Positions 23,417-37,269 of a DNA stretch of 64,000 nt are shown here, one piece after another. Below the pieces are notes generated by a model. It was not told the DNA's origin. It did not search any database and worked only from the letters and a program-made list of their open reading frames with translations. Positions within the stretch are counted from its first letter, which is position 1, and every line of letters starts with the position of its first letter. The translations under genes and the position numbers were made by a program. The stretch is from Octopus vulgaris (taxonomy: Eukaryota): the NCBI GenBank assembly GCA_951406725.2, contig OX597818.1, positions 34,906,001 through 34,970,000 of the forward strand, in the 5' to 3' direction.

Positions 23417-26400
23417 CTATAAGAAATAAAGAAAAAATGATTGATTGAGTTTCTAGCAACAAGAGGTGATTTATATTTTCAGTTTTATCAAAATTTATGA
23501 AAATATATTTTACCAGCTGCATAATAAAATCTGATTCGTTGCAGGATAATAACTGTGGATAATAGTGATGTTACACATCATAAATGAACTGGCTAAACCA
23601 GAATATGAATTTGTGTTGTTAACCCCTTGACGCCGGTATTACCTGAGGCATGCGAGACACTGCTCTGGGTTTTTTTTTTATCTAATGAGGCCACACAAAC
23701 ACACAAGTGCCAACGAGTTCGCGTCTATTTATGTTCACCGTTACAATAACATAGCATTGTACATTTACGTCTACCGGTTTATGAAAATGAACTATATGAA
23801 GCTATTTATCATAATATGATATGCAAGAGTTATTCTGCTCAAGTTCAAAAAATAGCTTGTGTGTGGTACAACTCAAAACATGGTATTATGCATGTAAAGT
23901 ATCCGCATGTCATTGGTCTACTGCTAGTCTCATGACTTGAACATAACCTAAAATAGCTAAGATAATGCACGGGATAGCAAGCACGTGCACCTTAAGAGTT
24001 AAAGTACACGATAGTGAACGTAAACATATGTCAACCGCTAAAAAGTCCAAGGTTAGCACAGCAGGCCATCCTACGAGCCATGAACTCACTTCATTTGTCG
24101 GGTCTTCACAGTCACAGCATATCTCCAGAGGTCTCGGTCTTTTGTCATTACCTCTAAAAGACCAGTTCACTCTTCCATGCTGGCATGGGTCACACTGAAT
24201 TTGTTGAAACACATTTTCTGTGGCTGGATTCTTTTCTTGTCACCAACCATTACCTGTTTCCAAGCAAGATATTTCCCATGGCCAGACACGTTTTTAAAGA
24301 AGTCTGGAAAACTGGAAACAAACAATGTTTGCAAGCATCACGTGCTGTCAAAACAAGAGTACACACACAAACATATATACATGCACGTACGTGGTAGAAG
24401 ATACTTGTCCAAGGTGCTGTGCAGTGGAACTGAACCCAAGACCACATAGTTGGAAACAAGCTTCTTAACCACAGTCATATTTGTGCCTTGTTCAAGAAGT
24501 GGCAAGTTCTTAAGGTGGAAAACAGTGTTTACGTAAATCAAAATTTTCAAATTATGTCCAGAGAAAATTTTGTTTAAAGAGAATCAACAACCAAACCTGG
24601 AAAAGTATCCCAGCCTCACAACTTACCAGTTTTTCTCAGAGAGAATAGTGTGTGTAAGCAGGCGACGTTGACAAGCGAATACTTGATTACGAAGGGACTG
24701 CAGCAGCCTATTAAAACTTGGGTAGCCACGATATTCAGGCAAAAATGTTAATATTGAATCTGAAATAAAATAAAAAGAGAAATCAATATCTTTAGTTTTG
24801 GCTAGAATTCTGATTTATAGAAGAGATTTAAATGGTATTCAGCTGTTCCTATTGAGATAGATACAAACATTTCAACACCAAAGCACAAACTTTTAATAAT
24901 GAGGTTGGCAACGGCCACGATTGGTTGGTGCTTTTTACATGCCACTGGCACGGAAGCCAGTCAAGGCAACGCTGGCATCGACCACGTTCAGGAACCTTTT
25001 GATTGCAAAGTGAACTTCTTAGCTATACAACCAATCCTCCTCCTCATCATCATAATTCAACATCCATTTTCCATGCTGACATGGGTTGGATGGTTTTGAC
25101 AGGAGCTGGCCATCAGAAGGAAGAATTGTCTGGGCTCTTATTGTCTGTTTTGAAATGGTTTCTATGACTGGGTACCCTTCCTAATGCCAACCACTTTACA
25201 GAGTGTACTGGGGGCTTTTTTAGTGGCACCTGCATGTACCTGTGCCTAGTACAATATCAAGATACAGAATAGCAACAGCAACACTTACCAGCTTCAACTT
25301 TCTGATTGTCCATATGAGGCAGCAAAAATAAATTGACCCCTGTGGTGATATTTCGGTTATTTAACCCAGGCAGTAACTCTCCAGTGGCCAAAGTCACAGC
25401 ATCTATGGAAAACATTAATATATTTAAAAAATTTTGGGGGTTCAAAAATTAGGTTAAAAAATGTGGGAGTTTCTTATACATGGCTAGCATTATAATACCT
25501 TACAAAACCATTTCTGCCAAATTTTAAGCCACCAAAATTAGAGGGTTCTTTATACACATTAAAATATGGTAATTGGTCAGCCATTCTTGATCATTTCCTT
25601 TAATCTGAATGCAACATTCAAAATACTACCTAGATTTACCTGGGATTATATTTAAGGGGCTATACCATCACGGATGTAGGGATTAACCTCCATACCCTCT
25701 GGAACAAGATGAACTGTAAACTCCATTCTCCTGTCTTTAGTCTTCTATCTACTGTTTTATTTTTTCATATACTGTGAATTCTGCTTGGAACTTTCCTGCA
25801 TAAACTCCTTGTCTCTGATGATGGAATACCCAGTGTATGGAGATGTTGACTCATCACCTGAGATGCCCCAGAAACAACTCTGAGACATTAATTACTTCTA
25901 CTGCTCCAGTTTTGATTCACCTTACTCTAATTAAATATTCTAAATGATGGTTTAGTCCCAGATAAAACCTAACCCAGCAGATCTACTCCCAAAGACATTC
26001 TGGTTGTGAATCTTCCATCATTTTAGACATATATAGGACTATCTAATGAATTCCACTTTTTTGGAGAGATGGGGCAGGGTGTGATATTTGTTGCAATTTC
26101 AAGTAGATTATGGTTTCGATTCCTGAACTGGGCAATACATTATGTTCTTGCGCAAAACACTTCATTTTGTACTGTTCCAGTCCAATCAGATTGTAAAAAT
26201 TAGTAATCTTGAGATGGACCAGTGTCCCATCTAAGGAGGGTGCATGGCCGCAGTCAAATGAATGAAACAAGTAAAAGAGTAAAAAGAGTAATATAATGTA
26301 GCTGGTCTATTTGTTTAATAAGTCACAAAATAATTATTACAAATTTTGAAAAAAAAATCTGCTCAATGCATATCAGTATTCAAAATATATTTGTTCCAAA

Positions 26401-29400
26401 TCTAAAGACAGAAACATAAATATAAAGCTTACCTTTGTACTTAAGCTTGGAATTCTCAAGCACTTTGGATAGTAGACATTGTTTGGCACGATAAGTTTCT
26501 ACACTGAAATCATCTCTTACTGCCTTATTCTGGACAAACACTAGAAAAAGAAATCACATGATGTTCATAATTACGAAAGATGAACAAAAGTGCAAAATTA
26601 TCATACTTAAGTCATTATCATTTAACATCTATCTTCCGTGTTGGCATGGGTTGGATCTGTGAAGGCAAATGGCCAAGTGGTTAGAGAAGCAGACTCATGG
26701 TTGAGGGATCGCGGGTTCGAATCTCAGACCAGGAGATGTGTGTGTTTACGGCTCTGGCAGAAGGTAATGGCGAACTTCTGCTGACTCTTTCGCCACAACT
26801 TTCTCTCATCCTTTCCTCCTGCATCTTGCAGCTCTTCTGCAATGGACCGGCGTTCCATACAGGTGGAGAACCTATATGCCAAGGAAACCGGCTCTTATGA
26901 GCCAGGCATGGCTTGAGAAGGAACAAACAAAATGGGTTGGATCTGATGAACTGTAGGACTGCACTGAGCTCCACTGTTGGCTGGATGCTCCTTCTAATGC
27001 TAACTACCATATAAAGGGTACTGGGTGCTTTTTACATGATACTAGCACCAGTGAGGTTGCTAGTACTTTATGATGAAGGAAACATCCTCCTTGTGTGTGG
27101 TAGAAATGGAAGTAGTTTTATCCAAGTGTTGAGAGGTTAAAGTATGACAGGAGAGGAACAGGTGTCTTGCTATGAAGCAGATACATGGTTACTCACACTA
27201 TATAATGGTGGGTGCGAGTAGCTGGAAAGAGTGAAAAAGGATGTGGTGAAAAGGTGTCAGTGTATTCTCAAGGTACAAGAAGGTGATTATAAGAGAATAT
27301 AGACAGAGGATTGGGAAGGGTGGGTGGGTGAGTGAGTTTGTAAGAGTGTAAGGAAAATGACAGTTTGAAATGAGAGTAGAGGTGAATGGAGTAAATGGTT
27401 AATACTCAACATCTTGAGATCAGCCATTGCAATTTCATCCCATGTCTTCCTAGGGTCGATAAGTCCCATTTACTTTAAGTAATTGGCACTTCCTTGTACA
27501 GCTGTCCTCAACCATACACAATCACGTGACCATACTAGAGCAGTCTTCTTTCTTCTTCACTACATCTGATTCTTTTTATGCCCAATAATTTTTCTCAACA
27601 TATTTGCATTTTGTAGTACATGCATACTGATCCTGCACATCCAATGGAGCATACTGGTTTTATTCCTTTCTAGCCTCTGCATTCAGGGCCCATGTCTTAT
27701 TAACATGTAGTGACTTAATCCAGCAATTCGATACCTTTGTAATTACTTGTCTCTAAAGCATTTCCTTTACCTTTGTAGTAGTTGATTATAGGGCTGCAAT
27801 GCCAATTGTTGGAGATGACAACTTTCTGTATAGCTTATTAATCTATACAAGTAACTTGGCTGTACCCAACTCTTAGTGTTGATTCCTGATTGACCAGAGG
27901 CTGCCTGTCTTCATATCTTTATTGATCTATCTATCATATATAAGTAGAGATAAATATCACTATTGCTTTATCCAAGCCTAGTCCTAGCTGGATTATCTTA
28001 TCACAAACACTGGCTGCCTCACTCATTTTATCACCTACCATCATTACAGCTTCCTGCCCCAAAGAATTTGTACTTTTGATCCTCGTACATGAGGAATTTA
28101 ACTGAGACATCCCTCCATCTTACCTCATGCACACAATACACACCTAGATGTTTCTACTCTAGTATTTCAACGATTTCATCAGTCCCACATTGTGGAGGCT
28201 CTGAAATCCATTTCAGACAATTTGCAGAGGTGAGGAAGTCATAATATATTCTCTGCATTTGCAACTCATTAAATGGTTAATGTGAAATCCTCATCAGATA
28301 TTTTATGTTTGATATATATTTCAAGTCATTTCTTTAGTTGAAAAGCAAATGCTTTTGAGTTGTCCAAACTTGCTTTTTTAAAGTCTTTAGGCATCTCCTC
28401 TTACTGTAATGTACTGGTTTACTGACATACTTCAAAGTGTTTTATTGGCTACACTCAATAGCATGAAAATTTGACAAGAAATGTTTTAGATAAAAACAAA
28501 AAAAAATTGTCAGATGCATTTCCCAAACACACATGTGATGATGGAACCCAAGTGTGGATTAAGTCAGACCAAGTGATAATATACAAATAAACATACCAAT
28601 CTGTGGATAATAGTCTGCAGTATTCTCTTGAACTGATGTGTCATCATGGGAATTAGCAGGAGTTGAAGGTTTAAGCATTTCGGCAGTTAACAAGAATCTA
28701 AAGAGATAGAAAGTAGCTTGAATCAGAGGGGACAATTTTCAATGTTGTAGAAGAAATGTGAGCCTATGGTACCTAACAAAAGTTTGATAAATGAATAAGT
28801 ATATTTGATAAGTATATCGATATAGCACTGCCACGAAAGAATGAATAGTTAAAACTTGAGTTCTGGTTTTAATTATTCCTTGTAGTTATTCAACTATTGC
28901 AGTGGTAGTGACAAAAATGTTATTTTGTTATCAAAAACAGCCTCTATATTGTTTCATTGTAGTAGGGCAGCGAGCTGGCAGAATTGTTAGCACACTGAGC
29001 AAAATGATTTGTGGTATTTCGGCTGTCTTTATGTTCTGAGTTCAAATTCCAAGATCGACTTTGTCTTTCATTCTTTCAGGATCAATAAAATAAGTACCAG
29101 TTGAACACTGGGGTCAATAGAATTGACTAACCACCCCCAACCTACAAAGTTTCAAGCTTTGTGCCTTTAGCAGAAAAGGAAAAGAACTACAGGGACTATC
29201 CAAAAACAGAAGTGTGTGTGTGTGGAGAGGCAGCTATGTTTAACTTATAAATTTTATTAGTGTTTATCTTAATCATTCCATTACCATATTCATAATGAAA
29301 TACCTATGCAGTGTATTTCAATTAATATTGAAAGCTGCATCACAAATCAAGCATACTAAAATTAAAGGAGTTTTCAGATGAAGAGAAGAAAAAAAACCCA

Positions 29401-31192
29401 GAAAAGATAGGATACCTGAGGAAGTTGATATCGGTAAACCAGTCTTGGACTACGAGAAGTACATTGCATACGGTCATCATAAACGCAGCTAACTGCAGAG
29501 ACTGCAAGGTTAAAATAACAAACCATTTGTTAGTGTTAGAATTATCATATCATACATAAGTTTTACTACGGCTATGGGTTGAATAGAGTGGTTTTGGAAT
29601 GGCTTGGATAAAGACATTAGCACCTAAATACTTTTTGCTTACAGGCTCTAACTATATAAATAAAGCAAGTTATACAAAGTTATGCAAATTTTCTGTTTCT
29701 TTAAAAAAAATTAGACACTGCTATAGCTACAGAAATAATGTACAAATTTATGTTGTAACTCAATAATCATCATCATCATCGTCATTTAACGTCTGCTTTC
29801 CATGCTAGCAAGGGTTGGACGATTTGACTGAGGTCTGGCGAACCAGATGGCTGCACCAGACTTCATACCACCGGCATGGGTGCCATTTGTGTGACACTAG
29901 TATCTGCCACAACTGTGATTTTGCTCGGCTTGATGGATCGTCTTCTCAAGCACGACATAATGCCAAAGGTCTTAGTCATTGCCTCTGTAAAGCCCAACAC
30001 TTGAAAGGAACTTGGCCACTTTGCCCCCATGGGGCCCAACACTCAAAAGGAACTCAGCCACTTGCCTCCATGAGGCCCAACACTCAATAATAAGATATTG
30101 CTAAGATCATGCCAAAAGGACTGAAAACTGATTTCATTACCTGCATTTCCATACAATTTTCAGCAGTGCTGTATTCAGCTGGGTACTTCTTGTCATGGTG
30201 TATCATCATGTCCAAGACAGAAGCACTTAGGACAGGCTACAAAAAGATAACACAATTATTATTTATTAAGACTTCTTGTGAAATGAAAACAAAATTGTAA
30301 ATTACAGCATCCTGCAACATCATATATAAACAAGTCAGTAACAGAACCTGTGAATGGTCTCTCGAATTGCTAGAAATAGCAGCCAAAATTCATGTTACAT
30401 TCTACTGTCTTAAAATCGAGTCTCATTAGCTAAATTAGCTACACCTACCCTCCACCAACACACACACATGATAAGCTTCCACAGCTTCCATCAAACAAAC
30501 TCATGCACAAGCCATTGGTCAACCTTGGGTTATATTTGAAGACACTTTCTCAAGCTGCTGTGCAGTAGGACCGAACCCAAAGCTACATGATTACAAAGTG
30601 AGTCTCTTAACCTCATAGTCATGTCTGCATCTTTTATCTTTCACTTGTTTCAGTCATTAGACTGTGGCCATGCTGGGGCACCACACTGAAGAATTTTTAG
30701 TTGACCCCAGTACTTATTTACTTTTTAAGCTTGGTACATATTCTATTGGTCTATTTTGCCAAACTGTTAAGTTATGGGGATGTAAACACACCAGCACTGG
30801 TTGTCAAGCGGTGGTGGGGGAACGAACAGACACACAGACACATACACTATATATATATATATACACATACACACACATACATACATACACATACATACAT
30901 ACACATACATATATACACATACATACATACACATATATACACATATATACACATACATACATACACATATACATACATATATATATACATACACACACAT
31001 ACATATATACATACATACATACACACACATACATATATACATACATATATATATATATACATACATACATATATACATACATACATACACACACATACAT
31101 ATATACATACATACATATATACATACATACATACACACACATACATATATACATACATATATATATATATATACATACATACATATATATAC

Positions 31193-31223
<31 letters not shown>

Positions 31224-31292
31224 CATACATATATATATATACATACATACATATATATACATATATATATATACATACATACATATATATAC

Positions 31293-31326
<34 letters not shown>

Positions 31327-32895
31327 ACATACATACATATACATACATACATATACATACATACATATATATACATACATACATATATATATATACATAC
31401 ATATATATATATATACATACATACATATATATACATACATACATATACATACATGGGCTTCTTTCAGTTTCCGTCTATCAAATCCACTCTCAAGGCTTTG
31501 GTTGGCCCAAGGCTATAGTAGAAGACACTTGCCCAAAGTGTCATGCAGTGGGACTGAACCCAGAGCCATGCGGTTGGAAAGCAAACTTCTTACTACACAT
31601 TAATTTTGAAAATAACCCAGAATTTGGATAGATGCCATTTAATAATTAATCTTTTGTCAATCTGATGTTTGGAGCAGAAAGCAAAAAAGTTCTTACATAA
31701 TATTTATGATGGTAAACATTAATTTAAAATATGAACAGTTTCAAAGAAGACGTTTTTATGTAACAAAACCAGAACAACTGTCAGACTGGGCAGTGTTAAT
31801 GTACCTGAGTGTCAAGTAAGATAACTCGGTCATTGGTGACAAACATATCAACTCCTGAAGTCTGGTGACTACCAACTTCTCGTATTTCTTTGCTCTGGGG
31901 CTGGAACACAAAGTTTCTATAAAAAAAAAAAAGAAAAAAGCAAATAAATGGAGAAATGCATCATACATCAACACCAACATCAAAATGAAAATCAAATGGA
32001 AATAGTAGTTAAGATACCTGTGCTGGTGACACATTAAAAGCACCGTCTGAACGTGGTCAATGCCAGCACTGTCTGACTGGCGTCCGTGTCGGTGACATGT
32101 AAAAGCACCAACCGATCGTGGCCGTTTGCCAGCCTCCTCTGGCCCCCGTGCCGGTGGCATGTAAAAAGCACCCACTACACTCACAGGGTGGTTGGCGTTA
32201 GGAAGGGCATCCAGATGTAGAAACACTGCCAGATCAGACTGGAGCCTGATGCAGCCACCTGGCTTCCCAGACCCCAGTCGAATCGTCCAACCCATGTTAG
32301 CATGGAGAACGGACGTTAAACGATGATGATGATGATGATGATGAAACACACAGAGTGATTCAAACATCCCTTTAGCATTAATATAAATCAGTTCACAACT
32401 GAGATGAATGGAGCACAGTTGAGCCATTATATATATTGTTTCCCCATCCATTAGTTATACCTTCTACCAATCTTAGTGAGTTGAAATACCTTTGATGACA
32501 GGTCCATTAAATCAGGAGTGCCTAGGGTTAACAACATCAACTGGTGCCCTATCCCTCAGTCATACCTTCCACCATCACATCACATTCTTCACCCAACTCT
32601 CAGCTCTGGCCTCAGTCCATCTGTTAAATGCCACAGCTCAGGGCTTCCAGCATAACTGGTATACTACCCTGCTGTTTATCTTGCCAGCTGGCCAAGCTAT
32701 CTCAGGCAAGTAGAAATACTCAGACAATTGAACAAGACCATACTTTTTAATAGTGATAGTGCCATTTTTCTAAAATAAGTAAACACATGGTTCAGGGTAC
32801 AGTCTCACTGCATAGCAGCTTGGGCAAGTGTCTTCTACTATAGCCTCGGGCCAATCGAAACCTTGTGAGTGGATCTGATAGAGGGAAATGGGAAA

Positions 32896-32930
<35 letters not shown>

Positions 32931-33193
32931 CGTGTGTCTTTCTTTGTTCTCATCACTACCTGACAACTACTGTTGGTGTGTTTATGTCCCCAAAACTTAG
33001 TGATTTTGCTAAATAAGACTGATAGATTAAGTACTAGGCTTCTTTCAGTTTCTGTCTATCAAATTCACTCATAAGGCTTTGGTCAGCTCGAGGCTATAAC
33101 AGAAGATACCAGCTCAAGGTGCCATGCAATGGGATTGAACATGGAACCATGTGGTTGGGAAGCAAACTTCTTACCACAACCTATGCCTGTCAC

Positions 33194-33230
<37 letters not shown>

Positions 33231-36200
33231 AAGTGTGTGTGTCTGAGTGTCTTTGCATTGACATCAATTGGGCAGTAGTGCCATAGTTTATGCTCTGCAT
33301 GAAGAAAAATCTGCCAGCTCATATATTAGATAAGCTAAAATATGGAATATAGTACCTTACATGAAAACAAGAGTTAGCATCAGAAAGAGTATCTGGCCAC
33401 AGAACATGGTTGCAGGAAGTTTACATTTTAAGAACAAAAAGTACGAATCTAAAAGAAATAGAGAGAGAAAGAGTGGTTTTTACCGGTAATAATCTGAAGA
33501 AGAATTCCCAGCCAAGAGCGACATTATTGTTGATTTGCCAACTCCTTGCATGCCCAAGACGCCAACAACAAAAAAGTTATTTTGATCCACTAAAACCTAT
33601 AAAAACAAAATATGACAAAATTTTGATATTTTAATTTTTGAAATTTCTTGTTCTTTTCTTCATGGATAACAGGTTAGAAAATAATACCAAGGATTGCATA
33701 GATTACAGTAAGTCTTTTTTTTTTATATATATAGACAGATGGCCTTGCATATTGTCAGTTGTCCAGAAACATGCAGCTGGTATGGCTTCACATTTTGACC
33801 AATATTTGTAGGTACATGGGAATCTTAAAAACTTGAAGACAATCCTTTCTAGTATTTTAAAGCAACAAATTGAATATACAAAATGATAATTTTTTAAATA
33901 CAGAAAAAGCCAATAAAAATCTACTGCATTTATAACTTCTTTCCTTTTCTAAGACATTGTCATATACATAATTAAGAGAAAAATATAGAAAATTTTAAAA
34001 TTTAATGCAGTCATGCTAACTTGACAACCACCAGGCATTTTGCCAGCCATGTGGACTAGAACAAAGCAAAGTAAAGTGCCTTGTCCAAAAACACAATGCA
34101 CCTGCCAGACTGGGAACTGAACTTACAACCTGATGATTTACTAGGCCATGTATCTTGAAACAAGAAAAGTCAAAATAAATATCAAGATTTGCATTACTAG
34201 AAGTCAGTTTTATACTTATTTTCTCATATTAATGTAAATAGAACTGGTTTTGTAAAGATAGGCCTGTATAATATTCTTTTCTACTCTAGGCACAAGGCAC
34301 AAAATTTTGGGGGAGGGGGCCCAGTCGATTAGATCAACCCCAGTACGCAACTGGTACTTAATCTGTTGACCCCGAAAGAATGAAAGGCAAAGTCGACCTC
34401 GGCGGAATTTCTGTATAATACTAGGAAAAATACTTTGCAGCAGAATGCACAGACTAAGTTATTTTGTTATCAAACAATAAATCCAAAGAAAAGTTAGAAT
34501 TGTAGAATTTGAATTTCTATAATAAATTATAAAACATAAAACATCTGACCCAGACTTCCGCTAGTACTAATCTCTCTATCATATTATAATCATCATTATT
34601 TGATGTCCTCTTTCCATGCTGGCAAGTCAAAAGACTGCACCAAGCTGTGTCTGCTGCTGCTAATAATAATAACAATAATAATGATGATAATAATAACAAT
34701 CCTTTCTATTAAAGGCACAAGGCCTAAAATTTACATCAGCCCCAGTGTTTCATGGGTACTTAATTTATCAACCCCGTAAGGATGAAAGGCAAAGTCGACC
34801 TTGGTGGAATTTGAACTCAGAACATGGTGGCAGACAAAATATTGCTAAGCATTTTGCCTGGTGTGCTGACAATTCTGCCATCTTGCCACCCTCACTAATA
34901 ATAATAATAATAATAAATGCCCTGATGCTGTACCAGGCAGTGGCTCTCATGGCTTTTGATCTTAACTGATAGGAAGTGTTATCATGTACATCGTTTTGTC
35001 TTGATATAAAAGATGGGCTACAGCAAATATTCTGCTCAATACCACAGATTTGTTTGTCAGTTGTTTGACCGTAACCAGTTGAGCATTCCCTTAGTGGCTG
35101 ACGATATGTGCATCTCTGATCATGAGCAGAAGAAGGATTCTTTGGGGTTTGAATAATTCACCCTTGGAAACATGGGTAGTTCGTTCAACATCCTTAAACA
35201 ACCCTTTTTCAGGGACCTTTTGAGCGGGATGGGTTACTCGACCAGAAGAAAATTCTAACTGGGCCCCACTTGCAAGGTCATGTGCTGTTTACCTTGATAT
35301 GAGATCACCATGTCGTGCACCTAGTGTACCCTTATCAGACAGGTAGTCATGATGGGTATACTGGGCTTCGTATATTTTACCCCAATGTCACTTTGATGGC
35401 ATGCACTACTCTCTCACTCAATAATAATAATAATAATCCTTTCTGCTAAAGGCACAAGACCTGAAATTTTGTTGGGGAAGGTAAGTTGATTACACTGACC
35501 CCCAGTGTTCAACTGGTACTTATTTCATGAACCCCGAAAGGACAAAAGACAAAGTTGACCTTGGTAGAATAATAATAATAAGAAGACTTACTTCCATTCC
35601 AGTGTCACACCAATGCATTGAGTCATCAACCAACTTGATGCATCTTGGCATTTCTGGGAGAGGAGCAAGTCGGTTCTGACACTCTAAAAGAGACAAGAAT
35701 TGCCAAGTTTAAATAGATTCGAAGACAAAATCAACAACAATTAATAAATTAACATGTTACAGAAGTTGAATAGTATTATAAAGTATTCTGCAGTACATTT
35801 AATATGTTAATATATTAGATGAGTGGATTAAGTATTGGATTAGCATTCTATGGATAGTGTGTTCATATCCATTTCAAGTAGTTTGATTTTGTTTCTCTCA
35901 TGACATTTCTGAAGTGTCTTAATTTATCAAGAATAAAATTAACAACAGAATCGTGTTCTGTCCTTCACTTACTGCCATAAAAACAGGAGAAGCTGTATCA
36001 AATTAAAACAACCGTTTATGTCTCAATGTAAATACATTGTTGAAAGGTAATTTACTGCAGTATTCATCCAGAGATAACATAACTTATGAACATGCTGTGT
36101 TTAAAAACAATATATATCAGGAGGGGAAGAAAATCTTCCCAGAAGTGGCTAGCAAGAATGCCAACCACATGCTCAGACAAGATTTTATTGCTTCCAAAGT

Positions 36201-37235
36201 ACAGGAAACAGTGAGCAAGCATTGACTGGTATTGCAAATAGCTGCCAGGCTGAATAAAAACCCATTTTATGCAATAGAAACAGAATTAGATTAAGATAGC
36301 TATCTATGTATCATACTTTATGCAAATACATTGACATATTCATATTAAGTATGATATGTAGATGGCTTTTATAAAAGCAGGGAGTACTTAAACACCAGCT
36401 TTATGAATATATGTGGTTCATGAAATGACTCACAGCATGACATGCATGTACATTACTGTTATTATAAAAAAAATAACTTGAATATTTTAAGATTCATATT
36501 AAAGAGACTGAGCAATAAAACAACATTTCACCTACATTAGTAAAATATGTAAGCCATTTTGAAGATCCACATCATGTTAATGGTCGCTACATTTCACTGA
36601 TGTAGGACATATGTACAATTCAGATATTTGATGAATGCAAACCTCTAGAAAGGCCTACATATGAGGAAGGACCATTTGAATGCTCCACAATGTTCACCAC
36701 TGTAGACCACAGAGACAAATATCTACCTGAATATCATGTGATCACAAGACTGACAAAGCCATTAGATGTTGTTACACATCACTGGTCACAATGTGCTTTT
36801 TTGCATTGCTTTAGCCTTAAAATGATGCTACCCTGCTGGCTATGCAAGCAGACCAACATCCCCTCTGATCGAATCGAGGACTGGAGCAATGTGAAATGAA
36901 GTGTTTTGCTCAAGAACAACATGCAGCCCAATTAAGGAATTGAACCTATGATCTAGTGATCAGGAGTGCAACAGTTGAACCACTAAGCCATGTGCCTTTA
37001 CCTGTCTGAATATACACACATTAAAAATTTCTCCTCTTACTCTTTACTCGTTTCAGTCATTTGACTGCGGCCATGCTGGAGCACCACCTTTAATCGAGCA
37101 ACTCGACCTCAGGACTTATTCTTTTGTAAGCCCAGTACTTATTCTATCAGTCTCTTTTGCCGAACCGCTAAGTAACAGGGACATAAACACACCAGCATCG
37201 ACTGTCAAGCAATGCTAGGGAGACAAACACACACA

Positions 37236-37269
<34 letters not shown>

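Noticed and set aside
23619-24002. Possible piggyBac-type element bounded by TTAA
   Set aside because: The putative TIRs match poorly, so it cannot be supported
26660-26735. Possible tRNA gene
   Set aside because: A and B boxes are present but there is no clean cloverleaf; it continues into a SINE body bounded by a 14-bp TSD
30664-31631. Six long overlapping ORFs of 197-300 aa
   Set aside because: Translations of a TA/TACA microsatellite that has no stop codons
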